23,308 bases of DNA from Candidatus Phoenicimicrobium oleiphilum. Lineage in GTDB: Bacteria > Atribacterota > Phoenicimicrobiia > Phoenicimicrobiales > Phoenicimicrobiaceae. Positions 8,312 to 16,732 of the stretch are shown here, piece by piece. The stretch spans positions 1 through 23,308 of the forward strand of contig JBDIWJ010000028.1 of assembly GCA_039638295.1 (NCBI GenBank), given 5' to 3'. A program made the translations under genes and the position numbers. Position 1 is the first letter of the stretch. Every line of letters starts with the position of its first letter. The notes under the pieces are model-generated. The model searched no databases. It worked only from the letters and a program-made list of their open reading frames with translations, and had not been told where the DNA came from.

Positions 8312-9655
8312 TTGATATTTAAAAAGGATTTCAAAAAATATTATGATAAAATATATGTTACATTTATCATAATATTGACAGTTATCAGTGTAATTAATTT
8401 AGTCACCTTTGCAAATGAAACAGAAAATGTATATGTAATCTCGATTAAAGGAACGATTGACTTAGGCTTATCGTCCTATGTCCAAAGGACTATAGAAGAG
8501 GCGTTATTAAATAAAGCGAAGGCGGTTATTTTAGAAATTGATACCTTCGGTGGAAGGGTTGATGCTGCCGTTCAGGTAAGAGATAAATTAATAAATTTGA
8601 ACATACCAAGTGTAGCTTATATTAAGAATAGAGCATGGTCTGCTGGGGCATTGATTGCATTATCTGCAGAATATATTCTAATGGATAAAAGCGGTAGTAT
8701 TGGTGCCGCCGAACCGCAGCCATCTGACGAAAAAACTGTCTCAGCCTTGAGGACTGAATTTGCATCTACTGCTTTAAGTAGAGGGCGTCCAGAAAAGATA
8801 GCGGCTGCAATGGTAGATAAAGATATAGAAATTGAGAACATTATAGAAAAGGATAAAATATTAACTTTAAATGCTGAACAGGCTATAAAATTAAATTTTG
8901 CAGACGGTATTGTTTCCGATATCAAAGGAGTTTTAGAATTTTTAACTCTCGGCAATGCGAAAATAAAATATATTTACCCTAACTGGGCAGAGAATGTAAG
9001 CCGATTTGTTACCAACCCCACAGTCAGTTCACTGTTATTATCTATAGGATTTTTAGGATTAATAATTGAATTTTGGACCTTGGGCTGGGGAATTGCCGGA
9101 ACAATAGGAATAATTTCTCTGTCTTTATTTTTTGGAGGTCATATAATCGTTGGATTGGCTGGGTGGGAAGCAATTATCCTTTTTTTGGTTGGTTTTTTAT
9201 TGCTTTTAGCAGAAATATTTTTTATTCCTGGTTTTGGTTTAGCAGGAATAAGCGGAATTATTGCCATTGTAATCAGTATATTTCTTACCTTTGGAAATGT
9301 TATTCAGGCTACTTATTCTATATTAATTGCTTTAAGTTTGTCATTGGTAGGATTTTTCTTATTAATTAGATATATACCTTCTACTCGAGTCTGGAGAAAA
9401 TTTATCCTTTTTACTCAGCAGAAAAAAGAGTTGGGATACACGGTTGAAACAAAAGAATTGAAAAAGTTAAAAGGGAAAGAGGGGATAACCATTACACCTT
9501 TACGTCCATCTGGTATAGTAGAGGTGAATAACCAGAAACTAAATGTTATTACTCGAGGAGAATACATTGATTCTAATACAAAAGTTAGAATAATAAATAT
9601 TGAAGGCAACAAGATAACAGTTGAAGCAGTCGATGCTTCTAATAAGACATTGTAA
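8312..9655 (+). CDS. nfeD: NfeD-family membrane-bound serine protease (NfeD1b/YqeZ-like)
   Basis: ClpP-like domain (IDTFGGRVDAA, AWSAGALIAL, IGAAEP), multi-TM middle region, C-terminal OB domain (TPLRPSG). TTG start. Upstream of floA. Confidence 0.92.
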   Translation: MIFKKDFKKYYDKIYVTFIIILTVISVINLVTFANETENVYVISIKGTIDLGLSSYVQRTIEEALLNKAKAVILEIDTFGGRVDAAVQVRDKLINLNIPSVAYIKNRAWSAGALIALSAEYILMDKSGSIGAAEPQPSDEKTVSALRTEFASTALSRGRPEKIAAAMVDKDIEIENIIEKDKILTLNAEQAIKLNFADGIVSDIKGVLEFLTLGNAKIKYIYPNWAENVSRFVTNPTVSSLLLSIGFLGLIIEFWTLGWGIAGTIGIISLSLFFGGHIIVGLAGWEAIILFLVGFLLLLAEIFFIPGFGLAGISGIIAIVISIFLTFGNVIQATYSILIALSLSLVGFFLLIRYIPSTRVWRKFILFTQQKKELGYTVETKELKKLKGKEGITITPLRPSGIVEVNNQKLNVITRGEYIDSNTKVRIINIEGNKITVEAVDASNKTL

Positions 9656-9735
9656 TACTGTGCAGGACAGGCTCAACTTTCTATTTGTAAAAAATATTAT
9701 TTTTGGTTATTCTGCACTTGATTTGGGATACATAA

Positions 9736-9760
9736 GTAGGGGCACGATGCATCGTGCCCA
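9736..9760 (+). repeat. GTAG-type REP-like palindrome, family A copy 2
   Basis: Identical 25-mer to 3574..3598. Confidence 0.9.
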
Positions 9761-9784
9761 AAAATACTGAAAGACAAAAAGGAT

Positions 9785-9803
9785 GGAATAGATTATCTAT
9801 TCC
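9785..9803. repeat. palindrome family C (GGAATAGAT-T-ATCTATTCC)
   Basis: Perfect 9-bp arms around one base, with a near copy at 3437..3456. Confidence 0.65.
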
Positions 9804-9832
9804 GCAAGAATGATAGGAAAAGGAGGTTAAAG

Positions 9833-10813
9833 ATGATTGATTTATTAATTCCGTTGATTCCGATTATAGTTGTTATTTTCGTAATCTATATTTTTTTTCA
9901 ATTTATACCAGTAGGTTTATGGATTTCAGCTTTAGCTGCTGGAGTAAAGGTAGGGATTTTTACTTTAGTGGGTATGAGACTTAGAAGGGTACCTCCCCAT
10001 CAGATTGTCAATGCCTTAATAAAAGCTACCAAAGCTGGATTAACTATTTCTATTGATAAATTAGAGGCACATTACTTAGCCGGAGGAAATGTTGATAGAG
10101 TAGTAGATTCCCTGATTGCTGCTCAGAGAGCAGGGATTCCTCTGTCTTTTGAAAAAGCAACTGCCATTGATTTAGCTGGTAGAAATGTTTTGGAAGCAGT
10201 TCAGATGAGTGTAAATCCGAAAGTAATAAAGACTCCCGTAGTAGCTGCTGTAGCTAAAAATGGCATTCAAGTTATGGCTACTGCCAGAGTAACTGTAAGA
10301 GCGAATATAGAACGTTTAGTGGGTGGAGCAGGTGAAGAAACAATAATAGCCAGGGTAGGAGAAGGAATTGTAACTACTATTGGTTCAGCGGAAACCCATA
10401 AAGATGTTTTGGAAAACCCGGATAATATTTCCAGGACTGTGTTAAAAAAAGGTTTAGATTCCGGGACAGCTTTTGAGATACTCTCAATCGATATTGCTGA
10501 TGTCGATGTAGGTAAAAATATTGGGGCTATGTTACAGACTGATCAAGCAGAAGCTGACAAGAAGATTGCTCAAGCCAGAGCTGAACAGAGAAGGGCATTA
10601 GCAGTAGCTCAGGAACAGGAAATGAAAGCCCGGGTTCAGGAAATGAAGGCAAAGGTGGTAGAGGCGGAATCAGAAGTTCCCAAAGCTATGGCAGAAGCAC
10701 TGAGAACGGGGAAATTAGGAGTAATAGATTATTATAATTTGAAAAATATTGCTGCTGATACTGCTATGAGAGATAGTATCTCTGATATATCAAAGAAAAA
10801 AGAGACTAAGTAA
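9833..10813 (+). CDS. floA: flotillin-like protein FloA (YqfA)
   Basis: [30 protein letters not shown] and [17 protein letters not shown] motifs. AGGAGG SD. Confidence 0.97.
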   Translation: MIDLLIPLIPIIVVIFVIYIFFQFIPVGLWISALAAGVKVGIFTLVGMRLRRVPPHQIVNALIKATKAGLTISIDKLEAHYLAGGNVDRVVDSLIAAQRAGIPLSFEKATAIDLAGRNVLEAVQMSVNPKVIKTPVVAAVAKNGIQVMATARVTVRANIERLVGGAGEETIIARVGEGIVTTIGSAETHKDVLENPDNISRTVLKKGLDSGTAFEILSIDIADVDVGKNIGAMLQTDQAEADKKIAQARAEQRRALAVAQEQEMKARVQEMKAKVVEAESEVPKAMAEALRTGKLGVIDYYNLKNIAADTAMRDSISDISKKKETK

Positions 10814-10871
10814 AACAGATTTATTTTGCCCTCTTTCACGGGCACAAGTTTGGATAAGGCAGAGTAAGATA

Positions 10872-11318
10872 ATGTCAATAATTCTTTTTATTTTTTTATT
10901 ATATATTTTGATAATTTTATTTGGTTGGTTGCAATATCGAATAAAATTATCTAATATATCTGATCAACAAAAAGAAGAATCCATTGATAAAGAAATTATT
11001 ATTCAGGATGAAACAAAATTACCTGAGTATAGTAGTAGTTTTAAAAATGTTGACCATAAAGAAATAAAAGATGAGATTATAGTCGATGACGAAGTAAAAG
11101 AATTTTATAAAGAGGAAGAAAAAAAACCTCTGGATGATAAACCACAGTTAATAGACCAGAAAAAAATTATTTTCGACCAGGAAAGCGAATTAAAGGAGTA
11201 TTTGTCTAATGATATATTGGTAAATGGAATAATATTATCAGAGATAATTGCTCCACCTCGAGCCCTAAATCCTTATAAATTTAAAAAATATAAAAGATGG
11301 AGGGAAATTAGTCATTAG
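10872..11318 (+). CDS. hypothetical membrane-anchored protein (YqfB-like position and C-terminal motif)
   Basis: N-terminal TM helix, acidic low-complexity middle, C-terminal NGIILSEIIAPPRA. Lies immediately after floA. Confidence 0.7.
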   Translation: MSIILFIFLLYILIILFGWLQYRIKLSNISDQQKEESIDKEIIIQDETKLPEYSSSFKNVDHKEIKDEIIVDDEVKEFYKEEEKKPLDDKPQLIDQKKIIFDQESELKEYLSNDILVNGIILSEIIAPPRALNPYKFKKYKRWREISH

Positions 11319-11339
11319 TATTACGAAAGTAGAAATATT

Positions 11340-12326
11340 ATGGAATTGAAAAATGTTATTAAAAAAGATATTTTTATTAAAAATAAAGATGAATTAAGAG
11401 AATTGTTTGGTAAATACGATGAGAATATTAAGTTGATCAATCAATATTTTTCAGTAAAAATATCAACACAAAATGATAGCAAATTAGTAATATCAGGAAT
11501 AAAAAAAGAAGTAAACAGTTCAGGTAGGATAATCGAAAGTCTTCTTTCAATAATAAGAGAAGGATATCCTCTTTCTATGTCACAAGTAAAATATCATATT
11601 GAAATGGCCAAAAAAAAGCAGCATTTAGATTGGAAATCATTATATAAAGATATAATATATGTTTTTAAAAAAGAAAAAGAAATCAGACCCAAAACTTTAG
11701 GGCAAAAGAGATTAATAGATGCGGTCAAAAAAAATGAAATTGTCTTTGCTATCGGACCTGCGGGAACAGGAAAAACATATTTAGCTGTTGCTATGGCCCT
11801 TTCAGCTCTAAAAAATGAAGAAGTAAGCAGGATAATTTTAGTTAGACCGGCAGTAGAAGCAGGAGAGAGTTTAGGATATTTACCAGGAGACTTGTTGGAG
11901 AAGATTGACCCTTATTTTCGCCCTTTGTATGATGCAATGTATGAAATGATGCCTGCAGAAAAATTTCAAAAATATATGGAGAGAGGGATAATAGAGATAG
12001 CTCCTTTAGCCTATATGAGAGGAAGAACCTTAAATGATTCCTTTATTATTTTAGACGATGCTCAAAATACTACTTTAGGTCAAATGAGAATGTTTTTAAC
12101 ACGTTTTGGTTTCGGTTCCAAAGTTATAATTAACGGAGATATTACCCAGATAGATTTACCACAAAAAGAAAACTCTGGATTGATAAAGGTCGCAAAAATA
12201 CTTAAAAATATAGATGGTATCGAATTCATATATCTCACTGACCAGGATGTGGTGAGACATAGATTGGTTCAAGAGATTATTCGTGCTTACGAAAGAGAAG
12301 ATTCGCAACACCGGAAAACGGAGTGA
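11340..12326 (+). CDS. phoH: PhoH-family ATPase (YbeZ-like)
   Basis: GPAGTGKT, RPAVEAGE, PLAYMRGRT, GDITQIDLP and DVVRH motifs. The Walker-B region reads ILDDAQN. Confidence 0.96.
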   Translation: MELKNVIKKDIFIKNKDELRELFGKYDENIKLINQYFSVKISTQNDSKLVISGIKKEVNSSGRIIESLLSIIREGYPLSMSQVKYHIEMAKKKQHLDWKSLYKDIIYVFKKEKEIRPKTLGQKRLIDAVKKNEIVFAIGPAGTGKTYLAVAMALSALKNEEVSRIILVRPAVEAGESLGYLPGDLLEKIDPYFRPLYDAMYEMMPAEKFQKYMERGIIEIAPLAYMRGRTLNDSFIILDDAQNTTLGQMRMFLTRFGFGSKVIINGDITQIDLPQKENSGLIKVAKILKNIDGIEFIYLTDQDVVRHRLVQEIIRAYEREDSQHRKTE

Positions 12327-14620
12327 TTTTTATGTCCATATATGATAAATGGATGAAATGGAAAAATAAAGACAAAATGATAGAAAAAAGTACTCAGAAA
12401 AAGAGCAAATGGGTACAAGGATTGTTTCTACAAAAAATAATGCTTGCTTTTGCTACCTTAATTATTTTAATCTTAATTTTATCTATAAATTTCTTTCCCG
12501 ATAAAATTGTCTTAAAAGAAGGACAAATTAGTTCAAGAGATATTCTTTCGCCAAAAACTGTTGAATTTATAGATTTAGAGACCACCCAGAATTTAAAAGA
12601 AAAGGCAGCTAAATCCATAAAAGAGGTATATGATTTAAATTTGGCAAATATTGAAAATGCAGAAAAACAGATAGATAATATCTTCCTAAAAATAAAAGAA
12701 TACAAAAAAACTCTAATCGAATCTTCAAATTATGCCGATATTAATGCAGAAAACGTAGAAAGATTAACTGATGAAGAACTAAAGAAAATAGCTCGAGAAA
12801 TTATCGAAGATTTGGGAATAATTATTAATGAAAATATTATAGTAAGCTGTTTTAGGCTCGATGATTTATCCTTAGATAAGATAAATAGAGATATTAAAAA
12901 TACTGTAAGAAAAATTATGGAACAAGGAATTAAAGAAAATGATTTAGAAAGTGCTAAAAAACAATTGGTAAGAGAAATTAGTGAGATTTCTCTTAATCAT
13001 TATGATGCTTTGATAGCCAGCGAAATTGGTAATGCGGTAATTTTACCCAGTTTATTCTTGAATAAGGAGGAAACCAAAAAAAGACGGCAAGAAGCTATCT
13101 CTTCTGTCCAGGAAGTTAAAAAGACTATTCAAAAAGGACAGATAATTATAAGAAAAGGAGAAATTGCTACTTCGGAAGATATTGCTATGCTTAATGCCCT
13201 GGGATTACAAAATCCAAAATTTAATTACAATAATGTCATCGGAATAATAATAATTACCGCAATTTTAATTATGTTAGTAGTTTTATATTTAAGCTATTTT
13301 CATCCAGGGATTTATGAAGACATAAATAAATTAATGTTATTGAGCATTATTTCTATCTTCACAATTTTACTAGCTAGGTTAATTAGCCAGGTATCAGGAT
13401 ACATAATACCTATTGCTGCGGCTTCGATGTTAATTGCAATTTCTTTAGATCCTAAAATAGCATTATTAATTACTGTATTTTTAAGTTTATTATTAAGTTT
13501 TATTCTTGGAGGAGATATAAATTACATCTTGGTTGCAGTTATTGGTGGAATTGTGGCAATATATAGTATTCGTAAAGCAACTCAAAGGTCAAGTTTAACC
13601 AGAGCAGGTTTAATGGTGGCAGGGATAAATGTAATTACCATATCAGCTTTAGGATTAATAAATAATGAAGGTTATTATATTATTTTAAAGGAGGATTTGT
13701 GGGGGATATTAAATGGTTTTTTAGCAGTTATTCTTACTATTGGAATTTTACCTTTTTTGGAAAGTTTTTTTGACATTACCACATCTTTTAAACTAATGGA
13801 ATTATCTAACCCTAATCAGCCTTTGCTGAAGAAACTAATAGTAGAAGCCCCTGGTACCTATCATCATAGTATAGTAGTGGGTAATCTTTCTGAAACTGCT
13901 GCTGAAGAGATTGGAGGAAATGGATTATTAGCTCGAGTTGGTTCCCTTTATCACGATATAGGTAAAATAAAAAGGCCTTATTTTTTTACCGAAAATCAAG
14001 AAGCTTATAAGAATGTTCATGATGATCTGGAACCCAGTTTAAGTGCTTTAGTTATTGCTTCACATGTTAAGGAAGGGGTGGAATTAGCTAAGAAACATAA
14101 GCTTCCTAAAGATATAATAGATATAATAAGTCAACACCACGGTACTGGCTTGATAACCTATTTCTTTCATAGGGCTTTAAAAGAAAATGGTTCAAGTACC
14201 GATAAAATTGCTGAAGAGAATTACCGCTATTCCGGCCCAAAGCCTCAGACTAAAGAGGCAGGGATTATTTTATTGGCTGATTCACTGGAAGCAGCAACAA
14301 GAAGCTTAACTAACCCCACACCTACCAGAATAAAAACTCTGGTGAAAGAGATTATTCAGAAAAATTTAGAAAATGCTCAGCTGGAAGAATGTGACCTAAC
14401 TTTGAAAGACTTAGACAAAATTGGAGATAGCTTTTCTCGGATACTTACCGGAATGTTTCATAGCAGAGTAGAATATCCTGATGAAAAGCTAATAAAAAAA
14501 TTAAAAGAAGAAAAGAAAAAGAATGGAAATCTTGATAAAAAACCAACAGAAAATAATAAAAATAAACCAGAAGAAAATAAGGGAGATAATCAGAAAAATT
14601 CTACAACAACTAAAGGTTGA
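12323..14620 (+). CDS. pgpH: 7TM-HD (HDIG) phosphohydrolase, PgpH-like c-di-AMP phosphodiesterase
   Basis: Large extracellular domain, 7TM region, and motifs EAPGTYHHS, YHDIGK, HHGT, YRYSGPKPQ and LADS. Start may be ATG 12332. The substrate is inferred from the family. Confidence 0.9.
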   Translation: MIFMSIYDKWMKWKNKDKMIEKSTQKKSKWVQGLFLQKIMLAFATLIILILILSINFFPDKIVLKEGQISSRDILSPKTVEFIDLETTQNLKEKAAKSIKEVYDLNLANIENAEKQIDNIFLKIKEYKKTLIESSNYADINAENVERLTDEELKKIAREIIEDLGIIINENIIVSCFRLDDLSLDKINRDIKNTVRKIMEQGIKENDLESAKKQLVREISEISLNHYDALIASEIGNAVILPSLFLNKEETKKRRQEAISSVQEVKKTIQKGQIIIRKGEIATSEDIAMLNALGLQNPKFNYNNVIGIIIITAILIMLVVLYLSYFHPGIYEDINKLMLLSIISIFTILLARLISQVSGYIIPIAAASMLIAISLDPKIALLITVFLSLLLSFILGGDINYILVAVIGGIVAIYSIRKATQRSSLTRAGLMVAGINVITISALGLINNEGYYIILKEDLWGILNGFLAVILTIGILPFLESFFDITTSFKLMELSNPNQPLLKKLIVEAPGTYHHSIVVGNLSETAAEEIGGNGLLARVGSLYHDIGKIKRPYFFTENQEAYKNVHDDLEPSLSALVIASHVKEGVELAKKHKLPKDIIDIISQHHGTGLITYFFHRALKENGSSTDKIAEENYRYSGPKPQTKEAGIILLADSLEAATRSLTNPTPTRIKTLVKEIIQKNLENAQLEECDLTLKDLDKIGDSFSRILTGMFHSRVEYPDEKLIKKLKEEKKKNGNLDKKPTENNKNKPEENKGDNQKNSTTTKG

Positions 14621-14969
14621 TGAGCAGGTAGAGGTTAGCATTCTATTTACTACCGATAAATTTATAAGATATTTAAATAAAAAATATCGAGATATAGATG
14701 AACCTACTGATGTCTTATCATTTAGCTTGCAAGAGGAAATAATGAAATACCCCGAAGTACAAGGAAATAGACTTTTAGGTGATGTAATTATTTCTACTGA
14801 GACCGCTCAAAGACAGGCTGATACTTTAAATCATAGTGTCGAAAAAGAGGTAATATTATTACTGATTCACGGTTTACTACATCTAATAGGATATGATCAT
14901 ATAGAGGAAGAAGATAGCAAAATTATGCACCAGAAAGAAATGGAATTATTAAGTAACTTTGATTTTTAG
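14523..14969 (+). CDS. ybeY: rRNA maturation endoribonuclease YbeY
   Basis: LNKKYRDIDEPTDVLSF, LGDVIIS and HGLLHLIGYDH motifs. Confidence 0.97.
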   Translation: MEILIKNQQKIIKINQKKIREIIRKILQQLKVDEQVEVSILFTTDKFIRYLNKKYRDIDEPTDVLSFSLQEEIMKYPEVQGNRLLGDVIISTETAQRQADTLNHSVEKEVILLLIHGLLHLIGYDHIEEEDSKIMHQKEMELLSNFDF

Positions 14970-14987
14970 TTAAAATTTTAATATAAT
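14959..14987 (+). promoter_or_regulatory. sigma70 promoter for the TRAP transporter genes
   Basis: TTGATT (14959..14964), 17 nt, TATAAT (14982..14987), starting inside the 3' end of ybeY. Confidence 0.5.
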
Positions 14988-15185
14988 TATATTAACTCTT
15001 AATAAATAAAATTATTTTTGGCATTTTCAAAAAATATGCCCAAAAAATTCAACTCAACAATTTAACTCACCATAGGTTAATAAAATAAATTTGAAATTTA
15101 GGAGGTGAGGCAAAAAAATTAACTAATTTGTTTTTCTGATTTTAGCTTAACAATTAAATTTTAAAAATAAAAGGAGGTATTTTTA

Positions 15186-16154
15186 ATGTTAAGAAGTAAA
15201 ACAATATTAGTCTTAGTATTAACGGTTAGTTTAGTAATGGGAATGTTTAGTTTTGGATTTGCTGCCCAAAAAGAATTTGTAGCTATCGCTACCGGAGGAA
15301 CAGGGGGAACTTATTACCCCTTGGGAGGAGCTTTGGCTCAACTACTTTCTAATTATGTCGAAGGATTAATTGTAACAGCACAAACTGGAAATGCATCAAT
15401 AGCTAACTGTAATCTGATAGGTAGGGGCCAAATTGAAACTGCATTCTCACAAGCCAATACTACTTATTGGAGTTATACTGCTACTGGAATATTAAAAGAT
15501 GCTCAACCCATTACTAATTTAAGAGGTATTGCTTCTTTGTATCCTGAAACTATTCACATAATAGCTACTAAAGCCTCTGGAATTAAAACTGTAGAAGATC
15601 TTAGAGGTAAAAAGGTTGGAGTAGGTGCTCCTAACAGTGGAACTGCTGCAGATGCTGAGATAATTTTAAATGCTCATGGACTTACATTTGATGATATAAA
15701 ACCAGATTTCTTGAGTTTTGCTGAAGTTGCCCAACGTTTAATTGATGGTCAGATAGATGCTGGATTTACTACTGCAGGTTATCCAACTTCCAGTGTAATT
15801 AACATCGCTACTAAAAGAGATATAGTATTAGTTCCAATAAGTGAGGAGAAGATGAAAGAGTTAGTGGAAAAAATACCTTATTATGGGGCAACCGTTATTC
15901 CTGCCGGAATTTACAAAGGCGTAGATGAACCTGTCCCAGCTCTTGCTACTCCTGCTTTATGGATATGTGATGCTAAGTTATCACCTTCTTTAGTATACAA
16001 GATGACTAAAGCCTTATGGGAACATAGAGATGTGTTAGAGAAAGTACATGCGAAAGGAAAAGATATTACTTTAGAAACTGCTCTTGATGGTATGGGTATT
16101 CCTCTTCATCCAGGTGCAGAATTATATTATAAAGAAGTAGGATTAATTAAATAA
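15186..16154 (+). CDS. TAXI-family TRAP transporter solute-binding protein
   Basis: Signal peptide, IATGGTGGTYYPLGG, LYPETIHI, GAPNSGT and IPLHPGAELYYKE motifs. AAGGAGGT SD. Confidence 0.95.
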   Translation: MLRSKTILVLVLTVSLVMGMFSFGFAAQKEFVAIATGGTGGTYYPLGGALAQLLSNYVEGLIVTAQTGNASIANCNLIGRGQIETAFSQANTTYWSYTATGILKDAQPITNLRGIASLYPETIHIIATKASGIKTVEDLRGKKVGVGAPNSGTAADAEIILNAHGLTFDDIKPDFLSFAEVAQRLIDGQIDAGFTTAGYPTSSVINIATKRDIVLVPISEEKMKELVEKIPYYGATVIPAGIYKGVDEPVPALATPALWICDAKLSPSLVYKMTKALWEHRDVLEKVHAKGKDITLETALDGMGIPLHPGAELYYKEVGLIK

Positions 16155-16169
16155 ACTGAAGAAAGAAAC

Positions 16170-16207
16170 CCGGGTGCCATAAAGTTATTTTTTTCAATGG
16201 TACCCGG
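16170..16207 (+). other. intercistronic stem-loop after the SBP gene (mRNA stabiliser or partial terminator)
   Basis: CCGGGTGCCAT / ATGGTACCCGG form an 11-bp stem with one G-U pair. No strong U-tract follows. Confidence 0.55.
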
Positions 16208-16216
16208 TATTAATTT

Positions 16217-16732
16217 ATGTTTAAAAAAAAGAAATATATAGTATTATTGGGATTATGTATTTTAATAATTACAATTTTAATATTATATTTTCTCCCTATA
16301 TATACTTTAGAGCTTAGAACTTTTTCTAGTGGTGAAGTAATTTTTCAGCAGAGAATTCAGCCAGGAGATAAATTTATTTTAGAATATAACCATTCTGTTG
16401 CTCGTACACCAGTATGGGAAATATTCATCATCGATGATAACTACAAGATTATATTAGTGGAAACAGATTTTTTAGACCATGGAGCAGGTATGCCTTATGC
16501 TCCTTTTGGTCAGGAAATATTTATAGAAGAAGAGGGTAAATTCAAGATAAAAAATATGCATAGGATTATGCCTGATCCAATTTATTATATGGTAGGTAAA
16601 AATTCTAATAATTGCTTTTATTTTAAAGATAATAAAATTAATTTGTCTTATTTATTAGGTGATGAATTATTAATTATTGAAAATCATAATATAAATTTAA
16701 TTATGTATCTTTTAGGGGGAATTTTTAGATGA
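16217..16732 (+). CDS. DUF1850-family TAXI-TRAP accessory protein
   Basis: N-terminal TM helix, F.LEYNHSVARTPVWE and GAGMP motifs. Typical position between SBP and permease. Confidence 0.8.
   Translation: MFKKKKYIVLLGLCILIITILILYFLPIYTLELRTFSSGEVIFQQRIQPGDKFILEYNHSVARTPVWEIFIIDDNYKIILVETDFLDHGAGMPYAPFGQEIFIEEEGKFKIKNMHRIMPDPIYYMVGKNSNNCFYFKDNKINLSYLLGDELLIIENHNINLIMYLLGGIFR

Noticed and set aside
9660..9716. GTGCAG...CTGCAC pairing after nfeD as a riboswitch or ncRNA
   Set aside because: Only a short stem around an AT-rich loop, with no recognisable family motif.
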